Positions 19,954-29,116 of a stretch of 64,000 nt of DNA are shown here, in pieces; positions within the stretch are counted from its first letter, which is position 1, and each line of letters begins with the position of its first letter. The stretch is from assembly GCA_023511795.1 (NCBI GenBank), contig JAIMAU010000006.1, forward strand, positions 13,159 through 77,158, written 5' to 3'. Below the pieces are notes generated by a model. It did not search any database. It saw nothing but the letters and a program-made list of their open reading frames with translations, and was not told where the DNA came from. The translations under genes were made by a program, and so were the position numbers. This stretch comes from Armatimonadota bacterium. Its GTDB lineage: Bacteria > Armatimonadota > UBA5829 > DTJY01.

Positions 19954-20079
19954 CTCATATCTCCTTTTTTTCTAGCTTTCGCCCCCTTACTGAGGCAGCA
20001 TCATTAGGGGATACCACGACTTTACTTGGAAAATAAAGGGTTGGCAGCTAAATCAGCCACAATATGGAAGGCAAATGGA

Positions 20080-21477
20080 TTAGGTATTGCCATCCTTTTG
20101 GCTTTTCTCACGACGGCGCTTTGCCCAGCCTTCTTTAACTTCCTGACGCTTTCTAGCAACCGCAAGCGAGTCTGCAGGGACGTCCTTTGTGATTGTAGAC
20201 CCAGCAGCAATGTAAGCACCATCGCCAATAGTAACAGGCGCTATTAAGGTTACATTCGACCCAACAAAAGCGTTCTTGCCGATTATTGTGCGGTTTTTCT
20301 TAATGCCATCGTAGTTGCAGGTGATTGTTCCAGCGCCGACGTTGGTATTATCGCCAACTTCAGCATCACCTACATAAGCGAGGTGCGCCATCGAAACCGA
20401 ATTTCCAATTATCGCATTCTTTGCTTCGACAAAGTCGCCCAATCGAACATCCTTACCTATTTTGCATCCAGGACGTATATTTGCAAATGGTCCTACGCGA
20501 GTTCCATCATCTATGACGCTTTCAATAACGGTTGAGTAAAGGATTGTTACTCGATCACCAACCTCCACATTAACCAGCCGTGCCGCAGGGCCTATTAAGC
20601 AATCGGCACCTATCTGACATCCTTTTTCGATAATTGTGCCTGGATATAGAATGGTATCCTGGCCAATTTTCACATCCCAATCAACATATGTTGATGATGG
20701 GTCAACCACTGTTACTCCTTCCAGCATCAACCGCTCGAGGATTCGCCTTCTAATGACATCCCCCAGCTTCGCAAGCTGAACGCGGTCATTAACTCCAAGA
20801 ACTACATCCGGGTCGTCTGACACCACTCCTCCCACTCTCAGACCATCATTAGCCATAAACTCGATTACATCCGTAAGGTAATACTCTCCCTGCTTGTTAT
20901 TTGGCGAAATCTTCTGCAAGTAAGTTTGGAGGCATGCCAGTTTGAAGCAATAGATAGCCGTATTGATTTCACGAATTTCAGTCTCTTCAGGCGAGGCATC
21001 CTTTGCCTCGACAATTCGTTTAATTGAGCCATCCGAACCACGTACGACCCGGCCATAGTGCGCACCATTTTCGAGAACTGCCGTGAGAACAGTTGCGTCC
21101 GCCTCAGACTGAGAATGTTCGCTGATTAATCGCTTCAGGACATCGGCTGTCACAAGCGGTGTGTCGCCCGGGAGGACGAGGACATTGCAAGAACGGTTGC
21201 CAAGGGTATCAACAGCCCGCCGGCACGCATCACCCGTGCCCAGCTGTTCTTCCTGGACGACATATGAGACATCTCTGCCAAGTCCTTCTCTAACTTGCTC
21301 GGCGCCGTACCCAATTACAACAACGCATTCATTAATTCCTGCGTCCTTACACGCGTCAATAATATATCGCGTCATTGGTTTGCCGCAGATTGGATGAAGG
21401 GCTTTCGGTAGTTTTGACTTCATTCTCGTGCCCTTTCCAGCAGCAAGAATTATCCCAACAATATCCTGCATCCTCAT
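20080..21477 (-). CDS. glmU: bifunctional UDP-N-acetylglucosamine pyrophosphorylase / glucosamine-1-phosphate N-acetyltransferase
   Basis: 465 aa; LAAGKGTRMKS N-terminal NT domain and C-terminal left-handed beta-helix hexapeptide repeats. Confidence 0.95.
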   Translation of the reverse strand: MRMQDIVGIILAAGKGTRMKSKLPKALHPICGKPMTRYIIDACKDAGINECVVVIGYGAEQVREGLGRDVSYVVQEEQLGTGDACRRAVDTLGNRSCNVLVLPGDTPLVTADVLKRLISEHSQSEADATVLTAVLENGAHYGRVVRGSDGSIKRIVEAKDASPEETEIREINTAIYCFKLACLQTYLQKISPNNKQGEYYLTDVIEFMANDGLRVGGVVSDDPDVVLGVNDRVQLAKLGDVIRRRILERLMLEGVTVVDPSSTYVDWDVKIGQDTILYPGTIIEKGCQIGADCLIGPAARLVNVEVGDRVTILYSTVIESVIDDGTRVGPFANIRPGCKIGKDVRLGDFVEAKNAIIGNSVSMAHLAYVGDAEVGDNTNVGAGTITCNYDGIKKNRTIIGKNAFVGSNVTLIAPVTIGDGAYIAAGSTITKDVPADSLAVARKRQEVKEGWAKRRREKSQKDGNT

Positions 21478-21713
21478 GCTCCCCAGAGATAATTTTACTA
21501 GATTTTGAACATCCCTATCGAGCGCAACATCTTTAATACCTTCGCCGAGATGTATGGGAATTCCTTCGGAGTAGATGCTGCTGCCTACGTTACTAAGGCC
21601 GCAATAGTAGTTAGCAACTAGTATATTTACTGGTTGTCTTTCTGAAAGTTATTTGGTAGTCTAATTTATGGAAATTTTACACATTTTGGTAACTAATGTT
21701 TCGGAGAAGAAAC

Positions 21714-24700
21714 ATGAGCGGTGGCTCTAGACTCTTTATCGCCCTCCGCACAGCATACATTCTGTGGCTTATTCTATCTGCCGTTAGAGTATTAGCGGCA
21801 GAGTGCCCGTACCTCTACGGCATTCACGACCACGACCCTGCCCCTACCGAATATCTCAATCACATCAAACAATACGGTGTCACCGGCGGCTGGATTACTG
21901 CCACCGTTGCAGTTGGACACAACCCAAATGATCAGAGCGGCGTAGACTTCACGTCCTTCTCAAACGCTGGACATACAGTAATCTGTCGAATTAACAACGG
22001 TTATTGCGACGTCGGCACAATTCCACTACCTGAATATTACGCCGATTTCGCACAGAGGTGCGCCAACTTTGTTTCACATTCGCCTGGCTGTAATATTTGG
22101 GTCATTGGAAATGAGACAAATCTAGCAGTCGAATGGCCGCCGAGAAACGGACATAAAGCATATGTCTCGCCTGAGAGCTATGCTCAATGTTTCCGTTTGT
22201 GCTACAACGCAATCAAAGCAGTTAGACCAAACGATAAGGTCGTCTGCCAAGCAATTGCCCCTTTTGGAGGGCCGTATGGCTCCGGTACAGTATGTGGATA
22301 TACCCACGATGCCTGCCCAATCAACTGGGTGACATATATGAACCAAATGCTTACAGCCATTAAGAGCACAGGGGGCATTGATGGCATAGCATTGCATATT
22401 AACTCCCGAGGCTATACCTATGCCGACATCCACAGTACTCAGAAGGTAAATGCAGGCGGCCAGATGCTATACTTCAGCTTCTATGTGTACAAAGACTGGA
22501 TTGACTATGGCATCCCTGCCGATTTATATCATCTTCCACTCTATGTCACAGAGTGCAACGGCGTTTACTATTGGAAGGGGGGCCACCCAGAAAATCCGAC
22601 TAGCCATTATGAACCGGGATGGATGCAAGAAATTTACGCTGAGATTAATAGGTACAATCAACAAGCAAGGACAGAAGGAAAGCCGATTTTCCGCTGTATC
22701 AATATGTATCGCTGGTGTGCCTATTGTGATGACTGGAATATTGATGGGGCAAGCAATCCGTACAAGAACCAAATCCTAAGCGACCTCGACCAAGCAGTCT
22801 CACAAAAATACCGCTGGCCTGACCCTGGCATTATCATTGATAATTCAGATTCGCAGTTTGCTGTGATATCGGGCACTTGGAACACCGGCACATCTGCTAC
22901 AGACAAATACGGCGCCGACTACCGCTGGAATAGCACTGGAACAGGCGAGGATGTAGTAAGATGGACGCCAAACCTGATCCAAAGCGGCAATTATGAAGTA
23001 ATGGCATGGTACCCAGCTGGCACAAATCGTGCCGTCAATGCTCCTTTTACGGTTGTTCATAAGGATGGCTCGAACACAATCATTATCAACCAGACGATAA
23101 ATGGCGGGAAATGGAATTCATTAGGAACATTCCCATTCAACGCTGGACAGTCTGGCTATGTTTCCCTCTCAGACAACGCAGAGGCATCAAAGGTCGTAAT
23201 TGCAGACGCAATGCGATGGGAGTACAAATCGCCGCTGCAGCTCCCCGGAACTATCACCGGCTTTGTGCGCAATAGGAACGGAAGCGGAATATATGGCGCA
23301 ACAGTTTCCACAAGCCCAGGAGGCTATTCTGCTACTACCAACAGTAGCGGTGAATATACTTTAACCAATATTATGCCAGGAACTTATACGGTTACCGCCT
23401 CAAAGCCAGCATACTGCTATCAGACCATCCCCAATGTGACCGTAGTTTCAGGAGGAACTACAAGTCAGAACTTCACACTTACAATGATTGGTAGCAATAT
23501 GTTACTAAACGGTGATTTTGAGGGTGGATTCCAACCAAATGGTGTGGCAAACTATTGGACCCCCTGGATTTCACCTTGGAGCAACTCAATTACATACACC
23601 GATTCAACATCGCCAGTTCACGGCGGAAGCCATGCGCAGAAATGGGGAAGACCCGACCGTTACCGCGTCCACGGAGGAATATGCCAATCGGTAGGCGGGG
23701 TGACCCCTGGACGACAGTACACTGTTAGCGGCTGGATTAGGTTTCAAGCGACCGATCCTGGCGCTTGGGCCGAGATAGGATACGATCTGACCGGCCAGAC
23801 CTCAAACGGCGAAGCAAGCACGGTGCAATACACGAAGCTTGAAAGCGGCGGCCAGAACACTTGGCTATACTATACAAAAACTGTGACAGCCACTACCGAC
23901 AAAATTTCCATTTTCTATAAGTTTGGCCAATATTACGAAGGCGGCACTGGGCCAAGCTGGGCTTATGCAGATGACGCTGAAATCTACGAGGTGCCCACTC
24001 CACCCGTGATGGTGTACGTCAATGACGATGGTGTCTACCAGACAAGCACAACATCCATTCATGGCTCATGGCTAGCATCCGACCCGGAATCAGGTATTCA
24101 GTTATACAGCTATGCAATTAGCACAACGCCAGATGAATCTGGAATCATTCCTGGTGGGGGTTGGCTTTACACCAGTGGCCCACAAGGCACCAGGACTGGG
24201 CTCTCGCTTGTCAATGGACAAGTATATTACATCCTGGTAAAGGCTAGAAATCCCCACAATCAATGGAGCGACATCATGGCGTCGGACGGCATACGCGTGG
24301 TGCAATCAGTGCCATCTCTTGCAGAGGCAAAGAAATGCCTGGACGGCCGCTGGGTAGAAGTTCAAAACCTTGTCTGCACTCTTCCTGCAACGGCCAACTG
24401 CATGGGGGTACGTCAATCCGACAGCTATGTTGGGATCAAACTCACAAAGGGCACAGGGACTCTGCCATCAATAGCAAGAGGCACTCAGCTTACGGTGATG
24501 GGTCGAATGTCCAGCGCAGGCCACACTAGAGAGCTGACAGATGTGTATATTACCACTGGCGGTTCGGCTAACGGTGACCCAGTTCTTCTGACAAACCGTG
24601 ACGTTGGCGGCGCTGATTTCTTCTATGACCCGGGGCCGCCAGTTCAAGGGCAAAAGGGAACACCATGGGGAAGAGGCCCGAACAACGTCGGGCTGACTGC

Positions 24701-24902
24701 CGTTGTTTTCGGGCGGGTAATAGGTTCGGACCCAGGAGTCTTCTATATTTCCGATGGTTGCCCCATGCCCAACAGCCTGCCAATAAAATACCTTTCGGGA
24801 ATAACGCCGCCGGCCATGAACGCATACGTTAGGGTAACTGGTCTAGTGGAAGCAGACGGCATCTTAGTACTCCGCCAAGAAGACATCTTGACTTTGCAAT
24901 AA
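21714..24902 (+). CDS. large secreted multidomain glycoside hydrolase (GH-A clan TIM barrel + CBM-like + carboxypeptidase-regulatory-like + CBM4/9-like + Fn3-like modules)
   Basis: Start moved to second ATG (GGAGAAG SD; MSGGSRLFIALRTAYILWLILSAVRVLAAE signal peptide). WVIGNETN (acid/base NE) and YVTECNG (nucleophile) motifs; GTITGFVRNRNGSGIYGATV...GTYTVTA CarbopepD_reg-like; NMLLNGDFEGG CBM-like. Confidence 0.7.
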   Translation: MSGGSRLFIALRTAYILWLILSAVRVLAAECPYLYGIHDHDPAPTEYLNHIKQYGVTGGWITATVAVGHNPNDQSGVDFTSFSNAGHTVICRINNGYCDVGTIPLPEYYADFAQRCANFVSHSPGCNIWVIGNETNLAVEWPPRNGHKAYVSPESYAQCFRLCYNAIKAVRPNDKVVCQAIAPFGGPYGSGTVCGYTHDACPINWVTYMNQMLTAIKSTGGIDGIALHINSRGYTYADIHSTQKVNAGGQMLYFSFYVYKDWIDYGIPADLYHLPLYVTECNGVYYWKGGHPENPTSHYEPGWMQEIYAEINRYNQQARTEGKPIFRCINMYRWCAYCDDWNIDGASNPYKNQILSDLDQAVSQKYRWPDPGIIIDNSDSQFAVISGTWNTGTSATDKYGADYRWNSTGTGEDVVRWTPNLIQSGNYEVMAWYPAGTNRAVNAPFTVVHKDGSNTIIINQTINGGKWNSLGTFPFNAGQSGYVSLSDNAEASKVVIADAMRWEYKSPLQLPGTITGFVRNRNGSGIYGATVSTSPGGYSATTNSSGEYTLTNIMPGTYTVTASKPAYCYQTIPNVTVVSGGTTSQNFTLTMIGSNMLLNGDFEGGFQPNGVANYWTPWISPWSNSITYTDSTSPVHGGSHAQKWGRPDRYRVHGGICQSVGGVTPGRQYTVSGWIRFQATDPGAWAEIGYDLTGQTSNGEASTVQYTKLESGGQNTWLYYTKTVTATTDKISIFYKFGQYYEGGTGPSWAYADDAEIYEVPTPPVMVYVNDDGVYQTSTTSIHGSWLASDPESGIQLYSYAISTTPDESGIIPGGGWLYTSGPQGTRTGLSLVNGQVYYILVKARNPHNQWSDIMASDGIRVVQSVPSLAEAKKCLDGRWVEVQNLVCTLPATANCMGVRQSDSYVGIKLTKGTGTLPSIARGTQLTVMGRMSSAGHTRELTDVYITTGGSANGDPVLLTNRDVGGADFFYDPGPPVQGQKGTPWGRGPNNVGLTAVVFGRVIGSDPGVFYISDGCPMPNSLPIKYLSGITPPAMNAYVRVTGLVEADGILVLRQEDILTLQ

Positions 24903-24912
24903 TGAGCGCCAC

Positions 24913-25098
24913 CTATAGCAAGTGAGCCTTCCCAACAATTAACGCATATATTACATAAAACCAGCCGAAGATCATGTGCACGAAGGTCCACACTACCGAG
25001 GTGGTATGCGACCACGAAATAAGCGCAGCTAGTACTGAACCAAAGCCAATGCCAAGAGTGGCCGCTGGGTTTCCTGGATTGCCACTGCTATTTCTCAT
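24913..25098 (-). CDS. possible small membrane protein (Pmp3/YqaE-like?)
   Basis: 61 aa, two hydrophobic segments, ...FGWFYVIYALIVGK resembles the YqaE C-terminal motif; overlaps ttcA 3' end by 11 nt. Confidence 0.3.
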   Translation of the reverse strand: MRNSSGNPGNPAATLGIGFGSVLAALISWSHTTSVVWTFVHMIFGWFYVIYALIVGKAHLL

Positions 25099-25849
25099 CC
25101 TCTGCCCTCCTTAAAGATTCCTTTTCATAAATCTCGCTTTCTAATGCTGCCCGCACAATATTCTCCCTAATCCTATGAGCATCTTTACCCATTTCCTCAA
25201 TTAGTTTCCTCATTAGCTGTCTTTTAGTTTGCTCACTCCGCGGGCAAGGTGGCGGGGGCGAGGGCAACTCAATAAGCGAAGAGAAGCGTTTAATTTCGGC
25301 CTCCGGAACATAAGCTAAGGGACGAATTAGCTTAAACATTCCGCCAAAATAGGACGCACATGGTGTCATTGTTTCCAACCTTCCATGATAAATGAGATTA
25401 AGAAGGGCAGTTTCTGCCAAATCATCGAGATGGTGGCCAAATGCTACTTTATTGCATCCCAATTCCCTTGCCATCTCAAAAAGGGTGCGCCGGCGGTTCC
25501 AAGTGCAACGCTCACAGGTCATCGGGATTGACTCCCCTTCGGGCACGAACATTTGTCGAACCAGATATTCGATTTCGTGCGCCCGAAGCCACTCCTCAAG
25601 CTCTGGGTATGGTAGCAAGTACGAACCTCGGGCATCACCGACGACGTGGATGGCAACGACACTGTATCTCTCAGGCACGAAGCGCATTCTGAATCTAAGG
25701 ATATATAGCAAGCTGAGGCTATCCTTTCCGCCCGAGACCGCAACAGCTATGCGGTCGCCATCCTCTATCATTCTAAACTCATAAATTGCCTTGTTGACTT
25801 TCTTTAGCATGAATCGAGCTAATCGCTCAGCTTTAAGATTAGTAGCCAT
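25088..25849 (-). CDS. ttcA: tRNA 2-thiocytidine biosynthesis protein TtcA (PP-loop ATPase)
   Basis: 253 aa; SGGKDS PP-loop, CERC and later Cys pair, HHLDD. Confidence 0.8.
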   Translation of the reverse strand: MATNLKAERLARFMLKKVNKAIYEFRMIEDGDRIAVAVSGGKDSLSLLYILRFRMRFVPERYSVVAIHVVGDARGSYLLPYPELEEWLRAHEIEYLVRQMFVPEGESIPMTCERCTWNRRRTLFEMARELGCNKVAFGHHLDDLAETALLNLIYHGRLETMTPCASYFGGMFKLIRPLAYVPEAEIKRFSSLIELPSPPPPCPRSEQTKRQLMRKLIEEMGKDAHRIRENIVRAALESEIYEKESLRRAEDEK

Positions 25850-25946
25850 GGCGATTCATTGTATCAAATTCAGCTATTCACTGCTATTAAAAACCATTCT
25901 GCCGCCTTTCTGCTTTATCAGCATCAAAGCTAAAACTAGAAATTAT

Positions 25947-25975
25947 TTGACGTATTCGCGTCTTTTTGTTATATT
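25947..25975 (+). promoter_or_regulatory. sigma70 promoter (TTGACG-N17-TATATT) for downstream GH gene
   Basis: Hexamers 40 nt upstream of GGAGG SD and ATG at 26016. Confidence 0.55.
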
Positions 25976-26015
25976 GCCGCTCGGTAGCAAAAGTAATAAT
26001 TCATCGGAGGACTCC

Positions 26016-27167
26016 ATGAGGTTACGTGACGTGCTTTCCGTATGTCTCTTAAGCTTAATCCCAATGCTCGGCTCTACCAACCCGCAGATTACCTTTGATA
26101 AAGACGGATTTTTGAACGTAAATGGGAAGCCGTTTTTTCCAATAGGAATATACACCCTGCAGAATAAAGACGGGAAAAACCATGATGCAGTTATGGCTGA
26201 GGGCAAAGCCGCAGGGTTCAACATGACGGTTTTTTATGCTTACACACCCGAAACAGTGACCCCACTCTTGGATGCGGCGGCTCGCAATGGGATACTGGCT
26301 TTTATCTACCCTACAATTCCCTTCAGCATAGAGGGAGGAAAGACCCTCACAGACGAAGCTATTGTCAAGGATATTGAGTTGCGCAAGAACCACCCAGCTC
26401 TCCTCGGTTGGTATGTTGTTGACGAGCCCGAAGGCATTGGAAAGGGCTCAGTCGAGGAGGTACTTCACCGCTATAAACTTATCAAAAAAACAGACCCAAA
26501 GCATCCTTGTTCCTTGGTTGTAATGAGCCCCCAGGCGGCTGAAAAATACAGATTATGTACGGATATAATGTGGATTGACCCATATCCTATACCATACAGA
26601 CCCGTAACCTACGTCACCGACTGCGTGTCGGGCGCCATCAAAGCAGTTGGCAAGGACAAACCTGTATGGGCGGTTCTTCAAGCATTTGACTGGAATGTTT
26701 GGAAAACTGGAAAGGTAGATAAAGTACATAGGCCAACACCCGAGGAAGAGCGATGCATGACCTACCTTGCGCTAGTTCATGGAGCAAAGGGCATTATTTA
26801 CTGGGCTCACCTCGGCTCAAGGTACTATATTCACGACTACCCACTCCATTGGGCAACGGTTAAGAAGTTGGCTGGTGAGATGAAGCTCCTAACACCAGCG
26901 CTCCTTGCTCGAAGTATTGAAGGCACCCTTGCTGTGTCGCCAGTGGATGCGCCCATAGATACAATGGTCAAGCAAGTAGGAGATGCGTTCTACGTTTTAG
27001 CTGTAAATCACAATTCAGACGCATGCAAAGCAACCTTCAATCTAAAGGGTCTCCAAAAGAGCGCACGCGTCGAGGTCGTTTTTGAATCCCGCACGTTGGA
27101 AGCAAAAGACGGTATCTGGAGCGACAACTTTGCCCCGCTAGAAGTGCATGTATACAAGATAAAGTAA
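26016..27167 (+). CDS. secreted putative glycoside hydrolase (TIM-barrel)
   Basis: Start at ATG 26016 (GGAGG SD; MRLRDVLSVCLLSLIPMLGS signal peptide); GWYVVDEPEG motif; family uncertain. Confidence 0.6.
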   Translation: MRLRDVLSVCLLSLIPMLGSTNPQITFDKDGFLNVNGKPFFPIGIYTLQNKDGKNHDAVMAEGKAAGFNMTVFYAYTPETVTPLLDAAARNGILAFIYPTIPFSIEGGKTLTDEAIVKDIELRKNHPALLGWYVVDEPEGIGKGSVEEVLHRYKLIKKTDPKHPCSLVVMSPQAAEKYRLCTDIMWIDPYPIPYRPVTYVTDCVSGAIKAVGKDKPVWAVLQAFDWNVWKTGKVDKVHRPTPEEERCMTYLALVHGAKGIIYWAHLGSRYYIHDYPLHWATVKKLAGEMKLLTPALLARSIEGTLAVSPVDAPIDTMVKQVGDAFYVLAVNHNSDACKATFNLKGLQKSARVEVVFESRTLEAKDGIWSDNFAPLEVHVYKIK

Positions 27168-27186
27168 TTTTTAACAACACTCCATC

Positions 27187-27214
27187 TTTATCTCACTACC
27201 ATTGCGGGTATAAT
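27187..27214 (+). promoter_or_regulatory. candidate promoter (TTTATC-N16-TATAAT) for SDR gene
   Basis: Consensus -10 with weak -35. Confidence 0.3.
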
Positions 27215-27258
27215 TCCTCCAAGATTCTGGTGTTTTTATTTGAAAGGAGACCCAAGAC

Positions 27259-28017
27259 ATGAAACTACGCGAAAAATGTGCAGTGGTGACCGGTGCTCAG
27301 CAAGGAATTGGCAGAGAAATTGCGCTTGCAATGGCTTCTGAAGGCGCAGCTGTGGTGGTTGCTGACATAAATCCAGACAAATCCAAAGCCGTAGTAGCAG
27401 AAATTGAGTCGCAGGGCGCCAAGGGTCGTGCAATTTTATGTGACGTAAGCTCAAAAGAGCAAGTAGACAATCTCTTTGACGAGACCATTCGAACGTTTGG
27501 CAAAGTAGATATACTGGTGAACAACGCAGGCATTGCAAAGTTCAAGCCATTCCTCGAAATTACCCCTGAAGAATGGGATGAAACAACAAGTATAAATTTG
27601 GGAGGGCAATTTCTCTGTGCCCAGGCAGCAGCCCGAGATATGATTAAGCGACGCTGGGGCAGAATCATAAACATCGCTTCTGTTGCCTCAGGCCAAATTG
27701 GCATAGGCTTTCCGAACCTTGTACATTATACTGCCTCAAAAGGTGGAATAACAGGCATGACAGAAGCGATGGCGATTGAGTTGGGACCTTATGGTATAAA
27801 CGTCAACGCAATTGGCCCAGGGGTAATAAAAACCGCTATGATTACCCCTTTGGAAAAAGAAGGCGTCCTGGAAACACTCGTCAAACAGCGAATACCCAAG
27901 GGGCGAGTGGGCACTCCTGAAGATATAGCCAACCTAGCAGTCTTTCTAGCATCTGAAGAAGCGGATTACATCACAGGAGCTACTATATTTATTGACGGCG
28001 GATGGCTTGCAACTTAA
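27259..28017 (+). CDS. SDR-family oxidoreductase (FabG-like)
   Basis: 252 aa; VVTGAQQGIGREIA Rossmann motif; YTASKGG catalytic Tyr/Lys. Confidence 0.85.
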   Translation: MKLREKCAVVTGAQQGIGREIALAMASEGAAVVVADINPDKSKAVVAEIESQGAKGRAILCDVSSKEQVDNLFDETIRTFGKVDILVNNAGIAKFKPFLEITPEEWDETTSINLGGQFLCAQAAARDMIKRRWGRIINIASVASGQIGIGFPNLVHYTASKGGITGMTEAMAIELGPYGINVNAIGPGVIKTAMITPLEKEGVLETLVKQRIPKGRVGTPEDIANLAVFLASEEADYITGATIFIDGGWLAT

Positions 28018-28025
28018 GGAAGGTC

Positions 28026-29063
28026 CTACTCAAACAACTCCTTAAGTTTGGCATCCGCGATGCGAGATTGTTCAATCTCTTCATCTGTAAGCGAGCGGTT
28101 TTTAGACATATCGAAACGAGAAAGAGCCAGTATTTGGTCTACAAGATAGGTCGTCGGCGAGTTTTCCAACGCCGCTCGTTTCTCCTCAATTTCCTCTAAA
28201 GTCGCTTGACCTTTAACAAATATCAACTTTGCCAACAGTTCGGCAAGCTCCTCGTTACTTTTCCCCTCCAGTTCAGCGCGCGTAAAAACGTGCGAGCAGA
28301 GGTATTCAAGGTCGGCTTGATACGGCGGCTCGTCTCCAAATGCCTCTGCAAGAAATGATGCTGCTCGCCAATTTAGTATCTTGCGTCTTCCATTTGTTGT
28401 ATAAACCGCCTTAATTTCCACGTCATAGAAGTCAGCTTCTTCACCATTATCTAGTTTGATGTGGTAGGATTTCAGCACCTTGTAAACACCAGGCAACATG
28501 CCACCCTTGCCGGGACCAATCTCTAAAAATTCGATATCCGCAGGTGCAACCGCTAAGACTTTGCCATATAGGTTATGATATTGTTCCATTTCTGGACGGA
28601 GGTCGCCCCGAAGCCTAACATAATCCCCTGGGGCAAGGCCAAGATTGACACCCTCTTCTCGCGCACGAGCTTCCTTTTCCTCGCGTTCACGAAGCTTTCG
28701 CACCCCTGTTCGAAGAAAACGTTTAAGCGCACGTTGCCAGTGCTGGCTCCTCGCATCCTCGTCATCAAACCGAGAAGGTGATTCTCTCGTGAGAAATATC
28801 GAATCACGCCTGTAAAAATCTAAATACTCGCAGTCAGCTCCGTGGAAAATCTCGCTTTCGGCAATCTGCCGCACCTCACCGGTGAAGCTATTCCTCACTA
28901 TATATTCCCAGTGAGGGCTTCCCTCACCAACGAGCATGACTTCAAGTACAATGCCGTAGGTTCGATCTGGCCCAAGTGGGCCGTAGACCTCCTTTGGTTG
29001 TTCCGGTTCGGGATGTCTATATGCCACTATTCGACGGACGCTGTACTTGTGATCGTCTACCAT
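28026..29063 (-). CDS. hypothetical protein (charged, coiled-coil-like central region)
   Basis: 345 aa ORF convergent with SDR gene; no recognisable motif. Confidence 0.5.
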   Translation of the reverse strand: MVDDHKYSVRRIVAYRHPEPEQPKEVYGPLGPDRTYGIVLEVMLVGEGSPHWEYIVRNSFTGEVRQIAESEIFHGADCEYLDFYRRDSIFLTRESPSRFDDEDARSQHWQRALKRFLRTGVRKLREREEKEARAREEGVNLGLAPGDYVRLRGDLRPEMEQYHNLYGKVLAVAPADIEFLEIGPGKGGMLPGVYKVLKSYHIKLDNGEEADFYDVEIKAVYTTNGRRKILNWRAASFLAEAFGDEPPYQADLEYLCSHVFTRAELEGKSNEELAELLAKLIFVKGQATLEEIEEKRAALENSPTTYLVDQILALSRFDMSKNRSLTDEEIEQSRIADAKLKELFE

Positions 29064-29116
29064 AAGCTAATCTTCTCATTAGAAGTATTTAGTTTGGTTC
29101 CATACGCCAAATAAGT

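Noticed and set aside
22122-23060. Several 60-110-aa minus-strand ORFs inside the big GH gene
   Set aside because: Antisense to a long continuous ORF with clear catalytic motifs.
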